Assembly: GCA_963782585.1 (NCBI GenBank)
Contig: CAWAKL010000012.1
Span: 321,537-385,536, forward strand
Reading direction: 5' to 3'
DNA from: an uncultured Acidobacteriota bacterium
GTDB taxonomy: Bacteria; Acidobacteriota; Thermoanaerobaculia; UBA5066; Gp7-AA6
Length of the DNA stretch: 64,000 nt
In this document: positions 1 to 10,780 of the stretch, piece by piece
How positions within the stretch are numbered: the stretch's first letter is position 1
Layout: each line of letters begins with the position of its first letter
Program-made: the position numbers and the translations under genes
The notes under the pieces: generated by a model
What the model saw: the letters and a program-made list of their open reading frames with translations, nothing else
The model's database searches: none
Told to the model about the DNA's origin: nothing

Positions 1-461
1 GCGGGGAGGCTCGGCCCGTCGCCGGCGCGCCAGGCGTTCATCTCGGGCTCGGTCTTCAGGAGGTCCTTGACCGTGAGCTTTCCGAGAAGCTCGTCGACCG
101 CGTGCTGGACCATCCGCCAGACCGAGCGGATCGAGCAGTCGGGCATGTGCGTGCAGCTGCGCGCGAGGCCGGAATGCCCGTCGCAGAACGCCGGCTCGTA
201 GAGCCGGCCGCCGAGCGTGGCGAGGACGTGGCCGATGACGATCTCTTCGGCCGGCCGCGACAGCGCGTACCCGCCGGACTGCCCGCGCGTCGACGTCACG
301 AAGCCGCCGCGGCGCAGGATGCGCATCATCTTGGCGACGTTGGGCTCGGAGATCCCCTCGGCGCGCGCAAGCTCGGGAATGGTGACGCTCCCGCCGGCGC
401 CTTCGCGACCCACCCGGAGGAGGCAGCGCAGTCCGTACTCTTCCTGCGACGTCAGTTTCAT
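1..461 (-). CDS. Rrf2-family transcriptional regulator (IscR/NsrR-like); 3' end runs off the window
   Basis: Absent from the ORF track because there is no stop codon inside the window. Reverse translation from the ATG at 459-461 gives MKLTSQEEYGLRCLLRV...ISEPNVAKMMRILRRGGFVTSTRGQSGGYALSRP (Rrf2 winged HTH). It also has a C-x9-C-x5-C cysteine triad (FCDGHSGLARSCTHMPDCS). Same strand as the suf genes and 3' of them. Confidence 0.8.
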   Translation of the reverse strand, partial: MKLTSQEEYGLRCLLRVGREGAGGSVTIPELARAEGISEPNVAKMMRILRRGGFVTSTRGQSGGYALSRPAEEIVIGHVLATLGGRLYEPAFCDGHSGLARSCTHMPDCSIRSVWRMVQHAVDELLGKLTVKDLLKTEPEMNAWRAGDGPSLP

Positions 462-490
462 GAGCGGGTTCTCTCCTGAGCGTCTTCGTA

Positions 491-543
491 GGGGCGGCCC
501 TTGCGGCCGCCCCGTTGAGGGAGGGCGGGGACAAGCCCCGCCC
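491..543. repeat. Two tandem GC-rich hairpins between sufT and the Rrf2 gene
   Basis: Hairpin 1 is GGGGCGGCC-cttgc-GGCCGCCCC (491-513). Hairpin 2 is GGGCGGGG-acaag-CCCCGCCC (523-543). Both stems are perfect and neither has a U-run. Function unknown: possibly an mRNA stabiliser, attenuator or REP-like element. Confidence 0.6.
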
Positions 544-576
544 CTACGACCGCGGTTGGGATCATTTCGTCTTTCA

Positions 577-1119
577 TCACATCATCCCGAGCTGGAGCTT
601 CGCCGCGTCCGACATCATCTGCATACTCCAGGGCGGGTCGAACACGACCTGGACGTCGGCATCGGTGACGCCCGGAATCGTCATGAGCTTGCCCTTGATG
701 TCCTCGCGCAGAACGTCGCCCATGCCGCAGCCCGGCGCGGTCAGCGTGAACTTGACGTCGACCTTGTTTCCGCCGCCCTCGACCGGCGCCAGGGCCAGCG
801 CGTAAACGAGGCCCAGGTCCACGATGTTGACCGGGATCTCGGGATCGAAACAGGTCCGCAACTGATCCCAGGCCAGCTCCTCGGTCGTCTTGCCCTCCTG
901 CGCGGCGGCGTCGACCGTGGCGACTTCCTCGCCGATCGCGTCGGCATCCTTGCCGTCGATCCGCGCGAGGAACCCGACCGGCGTGACGACGGTGTAGCTG
1001 CCCCCGAGCGACTGCGTGATGACCACCGAGTCGCCGGCGCGGAGAGTGATCGGCGTTCCGCTCGGGATCTCCCGCGCCGGGACGTCGCGCGAGACGGTCG
1101 CTTCTTTCTTCATCTGCAT
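577..1119 (-). CDS. sufT: Fe-S cluster assembly protein SufT (DUF59 family)
   Basis: ORF 577..1143. DUF59-type sequence ...CFDPEIPVNIVDLGLVY...KFTLTAPGCGMGD.... Last gene of the suf cluster. Start placed at the internal ATG (MQMKKE); 1143 is an alternative. Confidence 0.8.
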   Translation of the reverse strand: MQMKKEATVSRDVPAREIPSGTPITLRAGDSVVITQSLGGSYTVVTPVGFLARIDGKDADAIGEEVATVDAAAQEGKTTEELAWDQLRTCFDPEIPVNIVDLGLVYALALAPVEGGGNKVDVKFTLTAPGCGMGDVLREDIKGKLMTIPGVTDADVQVVFDPPWSMQMMSDAAKLQLGMM

Positions 1120-1132
1120 GGGATGACCTCTC

Positions 1133-1638
1133 TCAGGCTCCACCGGACTCGGCGTGGGGCCCTTCCGACTCCGTGGAGATGACCTTCTCGCCGGAGCCCT
1201 CGGACTGGAGCGCGGCCTTCAACGTGTGCCAGGGAAGCGTCGCGCACTTCACGCGCACGGGATACTCGCGCACGCCCGAGAACACCTCGAGCTTTCCGAG
1301 CTCCGGGCGATTCGCTTCCGCGGTCTTCGATTCGCCGTTCTTGCCGGTGATCAGGTCGTGAAAGCGGGCGAAGAGCGCCTCGGCCTCGCCGCGCGTCTTG
1401 CCCTTGACGCTCTCGGTCATCATCGACGCCGACGCTGTCGAGATGGCGCAGCCCGCGCCCTGGAAGGCGACGTCTTTCACGCGATCGCCCTCGAGGACCA
1501 CGTAGACGGTCTCCCGATCGCCGCAGAGGGGGTTGTAGCCCTCGGCCCGGCGGCTGGCGTCGGCGATCGCATGGAAGTTTCTCGGCCGCTTGCTGTGGTC
1601 GAGGATGACTTCCTGGTAGAGGTCGCGAAGCTCGGACA

Positions 1639-1639
<1 letters not shown>
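1133..1639 (-). CDS. sufU: SUF-system NifU/IscU-like scaffold protein SufU
   Basis: 168-aa ORF with the three scaffold cysteines (NPLCGD, GAGCAIS, KCATLPW). Its start codon shares one base with the sufS stop (TGATG). Confidence 0.9.
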
Positions 1640-2888
<1,249 letters not shown>

Positions 2889-2892
<4 letters not shown>

Positions 2893-4100
2893 GCGGCCTC
2901 CCCGGAGGAGGACGCCGCGCCCGGAAGGCGCAGGCCGAGCTCGCGCTCGACGCGCCGGCGCACCGACTCCACGCGGATCCTCTCGGCGACGTCGGCCGCG
3001 AAGGCCCAGGTCAGCAACGCCTTCGCCTCGGCCTCGCCGATCCCGCGCGAGCGCAGGTAGAAGAGCGCGGCGGCATCGAGCTGGCCGGTCGTCGAGCCGT
3101 GCTTGCACTTGACGTCGTCGGCGAAGATCTCGAGCGCCGGCGTCGAGTTGACGAGCGACTCGCGGGAGAGCAGGAGGTTCTTGTTGGTCTGGACGGCGTC
3201 GGTCTTCTGCGCGTCGGGGCGCACGACGATCGTCCCGTGGAAGACGCCGCGCGACGCGCCGTCCATGATGCCCTTGTAGAGCTCGCGGCTCGTCGTATGC
3301 GGCGTCGCATGGTCGATGATCGTCCGCGTGTCGAGGTGCTGCTTGCCGCGGCCGAGGAACAGACCGTTCAGCGCGCACTCCGCGCCCTCGCCCGCGAGGA
3401 GGGTCGAAAGCTCGGTGCGCGCAAGGGCGGAACCAAGCGCGATGTTGTGAGAGGTGAATCGGCTGGAGCGGGACTGGATGACGGCCAGCGCGTGCACGTG
3501 CCGTGCCTCGAGGCCCTCCTCCTGCAGCTTCGTGTGCTCGAGGATCGCGCCGGGGAAGAGCGCAATCTCGGTCACGGCATTCGTGAACGTCCGCCCCGCG
3601 CCGACGTACGTTTCGACGACCGCCGCCTCCGACCGCTCGCCTGCGACGATCAATACCCGCCGATAGACGGTCTCGGGTGTCGTGGAGTCGCCCGCGTCGA
3701 AAACGATCTCGATCGGCTCGGCGATCACGGCGCCCGGGCGGATCTCGAGAAGGAGCGCGTCCTCGAAGAGCGCCGTGTTCAGCGCGGTGAAGGGACTCTT
3801 CTCGAACCCGGCGATGCGTCCCAGGCGGCCCTCGACCTCGGACGGCGAGAGGAGGCGGGCGCCTTCGGGAAGGGGCTTCGCGAGGCGCGTCGCGCGGACG
3901 ACCCGGCGCCAGGCGGTCTCGGTGATCGGCTGCAGGCCCGTGTAACGCCAGGCTTCGTCCTTCGCTGTGGGGAACCCGAGGGACTCGAAGCGCGCGAAGG
4001 CATCGCGACGGAGCGTCTCGAGCCAGGCCGGCTCTCCGGAGAAGGCCGGCGGCTCCGGGGCGAAGGTCGTCGCGCTCTTCTCGACGGCGATCGCTTCCAT
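2889..4100 (-). CDS. sufD: Fe-S cluster assembly protein SufD
   Basis: 403-aa ORF. SufB/SufD-family C-terminal region (...TRTIIDHATPHTTSRELYKGI...DDVKCKHGSTTGQLD...). Sits between sufC and sufS. Confidence 0.88.
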
Positions 4101-4104
4101 GGCC

Positions 4105-4896
4105 CTAGCGCGCTCCCGCGGGCGCGGACACGGACGGAGGCGGCTCCTTCTCGAGCCACGCGTAGCCCTTCTCTTCGAGCTCGAGCGCCAGCTCCTTGCC
4201 GCCGGAGCGCGCGATGCGGCCCTCGACGAGGACGTGGAGAAAGTCGGGGACGATGTAGTTGAGCAGCCGCTGGTAGTGCGTCACCACGATCATCGACCTC
4301 TCGGCCGAGCGCAGCTGGTTGACGCCGCCGGCCACGATGCGCAGCGCGTCGATGTCCAGGCCCGAATCCGTCTCGTCGAGAATCGCGAGGGTCGGGTCGA
4401 GGAGCGCCATCTGGAAGATCTCGTTCCGCTTCTTCTCGCCGCCCGAGAAGCCCTCGTTGACGGGCCGCTTGACGAGGTCCTCGTCGATCTCGACGAGCTT
4501 CGCCTTCTGCTTCACGAGGGTGAGGAACTCCATCGCGTCGTACTCCGGCAGGCCCCGGTGCTTCCGCACGGCGTTGACCGCGGCTTTCAGGAAGTAGACG
4601 TTCGAGACGCCCGGAATCTCGACCGGGTACTGAAACGCGAGGAACACGCCCTCGCGGGCCCGCGCTTCCGGCGCCATGGCGAGGAGGTCCTGGCCCTTGT
4701 AGAGGACCTCGCCGCGGGTGACCGTGTAGCCCGGACGTCCGGCGAGGACGTGGGCGAGCGTGGACTTGCCCGAGCCGTTCGGGCCCATGACGGCGTGCAC
4801 CTCGCCGGGGTTCACCGTGAGGTCGACGCCGCGGAGGATCTCGTTCCCGCCGACGGAGGCGTGGAGATCGCGAATTTCGAGAAGAGGCGAAGTCAT
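4105..4896 (-). CDS. sufC: Fe-S cluster assembly ATPase SufC
   Basis: [15 protein letters not shown]... with Walker [13 protein letters not shown] signature FSGGEKKR and Walker [13 protein letters not shown]. The 696-aa track ORF 4105..6195 is a 5' out-of-frame extension through sufB. The ATG at 4894-4896 overlaps the sufB stop (ATGA). Confidence 0.92.
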
Positions 4897-6380
4897 CCCA
4901 CCGATCCTTCCAAAGACACGCCGAGCAGCTTCTGCGCCTCGACGGCGAACTCCATCGGGAGCTCCTTGAAGACGACCTTGCAGAAGCCGTTGACGATCAT
5001 GTTGACGGCTTCCTCCGGCGCGATGCCGCGCTGCTGGAAGTAGAAGATCTGATCCTCGCCGATCTTGGACGTGGACGCCTCGTGCTCCATCTGCGCGGTC
5101 GAGTTGTTGACCTCGATGTACGGGAACGTGTGCGCGCCGCACTTGTCCCCGATGAGGAGCGAATCGCACTGCGAGTAGTTGCGTGCGCCGTCGGCCTTCC
5201 CCAGGATCTTGACCATGCCACGGTAGGTGTTCTGGCCGTAGCCGGCGGAGATGCCCTTGGAGACGATCGTCGACTTCGTGTTCTTGCCGATGTGGATCAT
5301 CTTGGTGCCCGTGTCGGCCTGCTGGCGGTTGTTGGTCACCGCCACCGAATAGAACTCGCCGACCGAGTCGTCCCCCTGGAGGATGCAGCTCGGGTACTTC
5401 CAGGTGATGGCCGAGCCCGTCTCGACCTGCGTCCAGGAGATCTTGGAGCGGCGCCCGCGGCAGGCCCCGCGCTTGGTCACGAAGTTGAAGATGCCGCCCT
5501 TGCCGTCCTTGTCGCCGGGATACCAGTTCTGGACCGTCGAGTACTTGATCTCGGCGTTCTCGAGTGCGATGAGCTCGACGACGGCGGCGTGGAGCTGGTT
5601 CTCGTCGCGGATCGGGGCCGTGCAGCCCTCGAGATAGCAGACGTACGCGCCCTCTTCCGCGACGATGAGCGTGCGCTCGAACTGGCCCGTGTTCGCCGAG
5701 TTGATGCGGAAGTAGGTCGACAGCTCCATCGGGGAGCGGACGCCCTTCGGGATGTAGCAGAAGGAGCCGTCCGAGAAGACGGCGGAGTTGAGCGTGGCGA
5801 AATAATTGTCGGTGTACGGCACGACGGTGCCGAGATACTTCTTCACGAGCTCGGGGTGGTTCTGGACCGCCTCGGAGAAGGAGCAGAAGATGATCCCGAC
5901 CTTCGCGAGCTGCTCGCGGAACGTCGTCGCGACGGAGACGGAGTCGAACACGGCGTCGACCGCGACGCCGGCCAGCTTCGCCCGCTCCCGGAGCGGGATG
6001 CCGAGCTTCTCGTAGGTCTCGAGGAGCTTCGGGTCGACTTCCTCGAGAGACTTCGGGCCGTCCGTCTTCACCTTGGGGGCCGAGTAGTAGACGATCGCCT
6101 GGTAGTCGATCTTCGGGTAGTGGACGTTCTGCCAGGTCGGCTCCTTCATCGTGAGCCAGTGGCGGTAGGCCTTCAGCCGCCACTCGAGGAGCCACTCGGG
6201 CTCCTTTTTCTTGGCGGAGATCAGCCGGATGACGTCTTCGTCGAGACCCGGCGGAACCGACTCCGACTCGATGTCGGTAACGAAGCCGGCCTTGTACTCA
6301 CGGTTGGTGAGCTCCAGGATGGAGGCGTTATCGGTAACCATCAGAGGCGCAGCATATTCGAATCTGTACAAGAAAGTCAA
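4893..6380 (-). CDS. sufB: Fe-S cluster assembly protein SufB
   Basis: 495-aa ORF with strongly SufB-like sequence (...[34 protein letters not shown]...[12 protein letters not shown]...). An alternative start at 6341 (MVTDNAS) is possible. Confidence 0.92.
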
Positions 6381-6483
6381 CTATGGGGTCAGCTCTAAAC
6401 CCTTGATTCCATGGCACTAAATCAAGCGCCCGCCAGGGGCGGGCGCTCGGAAGGCTGGGAAAACCGATCGGTGGCGCCGGCGA

Positions 6484-8774
6484 CTAAGAGTCTCCCTGCG
6501 TTGAGGGCTTGGTTGGCTCGGGCTTGGGCGTCGGCCGGCTGCGCCCGCGCTCCGGTGAAGACGACGAGCTCGACGCCGCCTGCTTGTCTTTCTGCTCCTT
6601 CTGAGACTGCGTCTGCTCCGTCGGAGCGTCCGCGGCCGGTCGAGGGGTCGGTCGGGAGCGCTGGGATGTCTCCCGGACAGACTGCTGCTTCTCGGCCTGC
6701 TCTCGCTGAACCTGCTGCTTCTCGGCCTGCTCGCGCTGAGCCTGCTGCTTCTCGGCCTGCTCGCGCTGAGCCTGCTGCTTCTCGGCCGTGCTCGCGCTGA
6801 GCCTGTTGCTTCTCCGCCTGCTCGCGTTGCGCCTGTTGCTTCTGGGCCTGCTCGCGCTGAGCCTGTTGCTTCTCCGCCTGCTCGCGTTGCGCCTGTTGCT
6901 TCTGGGCCTGCTCGCGCTGAGCCTGTTGCTTCTCCAACTGCTCGCGCTGAGCCTGCTGCTTCTGGACCTGCTCTCGCTGGTCCTGCTGCCTCTCCGCCTG
7001 CTCGCGCTGCGACCGCTCGCGGGCCTCTCGCGCGGCCTCGTCGCGGGCTTCCTGCGCGTCCTTCTGAGAAGTCTCCGGCCGGGTCTCGCGCTCCACCGCC
7101 CGGCTTCTCTGCGCCGAGCTCTCCCGTGACGGCGCGACGGGCTGCTCCTTCGTCGCGAGCTGACGCCCGCGCACCGGGGCGACCGGTTCGGGCTTCGGCG
7201 TCTTCGCGCTCTCGTTCTTCGGCGCGAGGGTGACCCGCCCGGACTCCGACGAGGCGGGGCGAACGGACCGCGTCGGCTTCGCCGCTTCGCGGCCCTCCCG
7301 CGTGACGATGCGCTCCGCCTCGACCGTCGTGACCGGGCGTCCACGGTTCTCGCGGATCACAGCCGCCTTGGTGTCGAAGCGCGGAGGCGCGGGCGGAGGC
7401 GCCATCCGCGTCACGACCGCTCTCGAGGCCACGGCGGCCGGCGGCCGCGGGGCCGCCGCTTTCCGCGTGGTGACGCGGATCGACTCGCGCGTCGGAGCGA
7501 TCGGGATCGCGCCGCGGACCACGGGAGCGCGCTCGATGCGATTGACGATGGACTTGTCGCGGACGTAGTTCGTCGTCACCACCCGGCTCGACACGAAGGT
7601 GTTCTGGTTGACCACCGTGACGTACGTCCGGTTGACGTAGGTGATGTTCGTGACGTTCACGACGGTGGTGGCCGGCCGGCCCCACCAGGGAATCAGCGGG
7701 TCGCGCGGCGCGAGCGGAAACCAGCCGATGTAGTCGGTGCCCACGCCGACGGAGACCGAGAAGCCGGGCCCTCCGCCGACGAACGCGACGAGTGCCGGGC
7801 TGTAAGTCACGACCGCGACCCGCGGCGCGACGGGCACCCAGTACCAGCGCGAGCTATGGACGACCCAGCGGCCGTAGTGATACGGCGCCCAGCCCCAGGG
7901 CTCCGACGACACCCACGTCCAGCCCCAGGGGTCCTGCCAGATCCAGCGGCCGACGCGGTAGGGCTGCCAGCCGACGGCGACCGAGGCCGGCGCCCAGCAC
8001 CAGCCGTAGCTCGGGACCTGATGCCAGCCCCCGTACCGGTCGAGATCTTCGACGCCGGCGATGTCCGCCGAAACGTATTCGTAGGAACGGACGTTGGCGT
8101 AGCGCGCGTCGCGCTCCGCCACCCACCGGTCCCAGCTGTCCGGAGCGGCGAGGCCGATCATGTCGTAGCGAGGGGGCTCGTAGCCCTCGATGAGCATCGC
8201 GTCGCCCGATCCCAGCGAGACCTGGCCGCCGCCGGAGGCGACGGTCGCCCGGCCGCGGCGCACCTGGAGCCGCGTGCCGCCGTTGGGCCGCACGTCGATG
8301 CGGTAGTCGCCCGTGCGCTCGAAGGTGATCGCGGCGTTGGGAGTGTCGACCTCGAAGACTTCGTCGTCGGCGAGACGGCGGATCCGGAACGAGGCGTGGC
8401 CCGCCGAGAGCGAGAACTGCTTCGTGTCTTCGGTCAGGTTGAGCGCGGCCAGGTCCGTCGTCGGCGCGAGACGGATCAGGTTGCCGCCGTGCACCTGGAG
8501 CTCGAGGCGGCCGCCGGCCGTCCAGGTCCGGTCGCCGAGAGTCATCGGGATGTTGGCGTCCGCGGGCTGCCAGTCGTCGGGATCGTCGCCGCGGGCGAAC
8601 GAAACGTCACCCGAGATGTAAGCCACCCGCGCCACGGTCTGGCGGATGTCAGGGTCGGAATAGCCGTAGCCGTAGTTGTCGTCGTCGTAGTCGTACTGCG
8701 CGCGCGCCGCACCGGCGCCGGCGAGCGCGATCAGGAGAGCGGCAATAGCCGCCTTTTTGGCTCAGTGTGGACAT
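6484..8774 (-). CDS. Secreted FecR/DUF6600-like protein with W/Y/G-rich core and C-terminal (QQAQREQAEK)n repeat tail; reading frame broken twice (possible pseudogene or assembly errors)
   Basis: The core is track ORF 6422..8635 (...GWHQVPSYGWCWAP...WGWAPYHYGRWV...).

Upstream, the ATG at 8772-8774 plus a signal peptide (MSTLSQK-AAIAALLIALAGAGAARAQ) joins the core frame only if the T5 run at 8754-8758 (A5 in the sense strand) is one base shorter.

Downstream, an extra G at 6788 shifts the repeat region. Third-position GC supports the 6484-ending frame (...EKQQAQREQAEKQQVQREQ...KPEPTKPSTQGDS*), not the track ORF tail ending at 6422. Confidence 0.7.
6681..7012. repeat. About 11 tandem copies of a 30-bp unit (CTGCTGCTTCTCGGCCTGCTCGCGCTGAGC on the + strand) inside the CDS
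   Basis: Read directly from the sequence: near-identical 30-mers from about 6684 to about 7010. One unit (6774-6804) is 31 nt because of an extra G at 6788. The array encodes QQAQREQAEK decapeptides on the - strand. Confidence 0.9.
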
Positions 8775-8846
8775 CGTTGTCCCCCTTCGCGCGGATGTGA
8801 GTGCAAAGACCCTGCCGCAATTGGAGCGGTCGTACACTTCCGTAAC

Positions 8847-10691
8847 GTGAGCGAGATCACTCGGGTGGCGAGCCCTCCGGAGCGTCCGCTCGCGATTTTC
8901 GACGGAGATTGCGGTTTTTGCCGCCTGTGGATCGCGCGGTGGAAAGCGCGGACGGGTCCGAAAGTGGACTATGCGCCCTCGCAGGAGGTCGCCGAGCGAT
9001 TTCCGGAGATTTCGAAGGAACGTTTCTCCCGCGCGTTCCAGCTCATCCTTCCCGACGGACAGGCGCTCGGCGGAGCGGAAGCCGTCGCCGCGCTCGCCGG
9101 CCGCGAGCCGGGCGCGGGCCTGCCGCTCGCGCTCTACCGGCGCGTGCCCGGAGCAGGACCGCTGCTCGAGCTCGCGTACCGGCTGGTGGCGAGCCATCGG
9201 CCCGCCGCCATGGCCGTCACGCGTTTCGCCTGGGGGAGCACCGTCCTGCGGCCGACGTACTTCGCCGGCTCCGCGCTGTTCCTTCGGCTCCTCGGCCTCT
9301 GCTATCTCGCGGCCTTTCTGTCGCTCTGGGTGCAGATCGACGGGCTCGTCGGGTCGAACGGCATCCTGCCGATCGGGCCGCTCCTGGACTGGGTGCGTAC
9401 CGACGGAATGCCCGGCGCCGGACGGTTCTGGACACTCCCGACGCTCGCCTGGATCTCGCCGGGCGACACGGCCCTGCACGTCCAGTGCGCAGCCGGCGCG
9501 GGCGCATCGCTTCTGCTTCTCGCCGGGCTCGCGCCCGCGTGGAGCGCGGCCGCGGCGTGGCTTTTCTACCTCTCGCTGTCCGTCGCCGGGCAGACGTTTC
9601 TCGAGTTCCAGTGGGACTTCCTGCTGACCGAGACGGGGCTCCTCGCGGTGTTCCTCGCGCCTCTCTCGAGGCTCCGCCTTCGCAGCGGCCTCTTCTCTCC
9701 GCGACTCGCCCGGTTTCTGCTCGTCTGGCTGCTCTTCCGCCTGATGCTGTCCTCGGGTGTCGTCAAGCTCGCGAGCGGGGACGCCGCATGGCGGAGCCTG
9801 ACGGCTCTCCGTGTCCACTACGAGACGCAGCCTCTGCCTCCCTGGACCGCCTGGTTCATGCACCAGCTTCCGGCCTCCTTCCAGACGGTCGCGTGCCTTT
9901 TCCTCTTCTTCGTCGAGCTCGCTGTTCCCTTTCTCTACTTCGCCCCGCGCCGGCTGCGTCACTTCGCGTGCGGCATGACGATCCTTCTGCAGGTGATCGT
10001 CGCTGCCACGGGCAACTACGCGTTCTTCAACCTGCTGACGATTTCGCTCGCCGTGCTTCTCATCGACGACCGCGCCTTCCCGGCGCGCTGGCGGGAGGCC
10101 GCGGCGGCTTCCGCCGGTCGAAGCGGCTGGCCGCGTGGGATCCTCGTCCCGGCGGCGGTGGTCCTGCTCTCCGCCTCGGCGGTGCCGTTTCTCGCCTCCC
10201 TCGACTTGCGCGGCGCGATCCCGCGACCGCTCATCGCCGTCTATCGCGCGATCGCGCCGCTGCGCAGCGCCAACGGCTACGGCCTCTTCGCGGTGATGAC
10301 GATGTCGCGGCCCGAGATCGTGCTGGAGGGGAGCGCCGACGGTGCGACATGGAGACCCTACGAGTTTCGTTGGAAGCCGGGAGATCCGCTGCGCCGGCCG
10401 CGTTTCGTGGCGCCTCACCAGCCGCGGCTCGACTGGCAGATGTGGTTCGCCGCGCTCGGCGACTATCGCGCGAACCCCTGGCTGACGAGCGTCATGGCGC
10501 GGCTCCTCGAAGGCTCGCCGTCAGTGCTCGGCCTCCTCGCGACGAATCCCTTCCCCGAAGAGCCGCCGCGGTTCGTGCGCGCGCTCCTCTATGACTACCG
10601 CTTCACGAACGCGGACGAGCGCCGCCGCACCGGCGCCTGGTGGAAGCGCGAGCTCCGCGGCCTCTATGCGCCGGCCGTCGGCGGCCGCTGA
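8847..10691 (+). CDS. Fusion membrane protein: N-terminal DCC-family thiol-disulfide oxidoreductase (DUF393) plus lipase maturation factor (LMF1)-like polytopic domain
   Basis: Track ORF 8757..10691. DCC motif FDGDCGFCRLW near the N-terminus. Many TM helices follow, then an LMF-like C-terminus (...YGLFAVMTMSRPEIVLEGS.DG..W..YEF..KPGD..R.P.FVAPHQPRLDWQMWFAAL...). Start set at the GTG at 8847; the TTG at 8757 would overlap the divergent neighbour. Confidence 0.7.
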   Translation: MSEITRVASPPERPLAIFDGDCGFCRLWIARWKARTGPKVDYAPSQEVAERFPEISKERFSRAFQLILPDGQALGGAEAVAALAGREPGAGLPLALYRRVPGAGPLLELAYRLVASHRPAAMAVTRFAWGSTVLRPTYFAGSALFLRLLGLCYLAAFLSLWVQIDGLVGSNGILPIGPLLDWVRTDGMPGAGRFWTLPTLAWISPGDTALHVQCAAGAGASLLLLAGLAPAWSAAAAWLFYLSLSVAGQTFLEFQWDFLLTETGLLAVFLAPLSRLRLRSGLFSPRLARFLLVWLLFRLMLSSGVVKLASGDAAWRSLTALRVHYETQPLPPWTAWFMHQLPASFQTVACLFLFFVELAVPFLYFAPRRLRHFACGMTILLQVIVAATGNYAFFNLLTISLAVLLIDDRAFPARWREAAAASAGRSGWPRGILVPAAVVLLSASAVPFLASLDLRGAIPRPLIAVYRAIAPLRSANGYGLFAVMTMSRPEIVLEGSADGATWRPYEFRWKPGDPLRRPRFVAPHQPRLDWQMWFAALGDYRANPWLTSVMARLLEGSPSVLGLLATNPFPEEPPRFVRALLYDYRFTNADERRRTGAWWKRELRGLYAPAVGGR

Positions 10692-10780
10692 GCACGAGTT
10701 CACTATGATGGGCCGGAGGTCCGCTCCACCCTGATGCTGACGAACCCACAATTCGACCCGGAACGTTTGGCTTCGACGCC

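Noticed and set aside
4105-6195. The 696-aa ORF and the 579-aa ORF 1639..3378 suggest much longer SufC and SufS proteins. In the same way 27982..29358, 56779..59328, 48390..49643 and 41280..42032 suggest long N-terminal extensions.
   Set aside because: The extensions overlap the upstream conserved gene in another frame and are low complexity. The canonical N-termini begin at internal ATG or GTG codons that overlap or abut the upstream stop.
6681-7012. The regular 30-bp repeats could at first glance look like a CRISPR array.
   Set aside because: The units are directly adjacent with no spacers, they lie in frame within a CDS, they encode a decapeptide repeat, and no cas genes are nearby.
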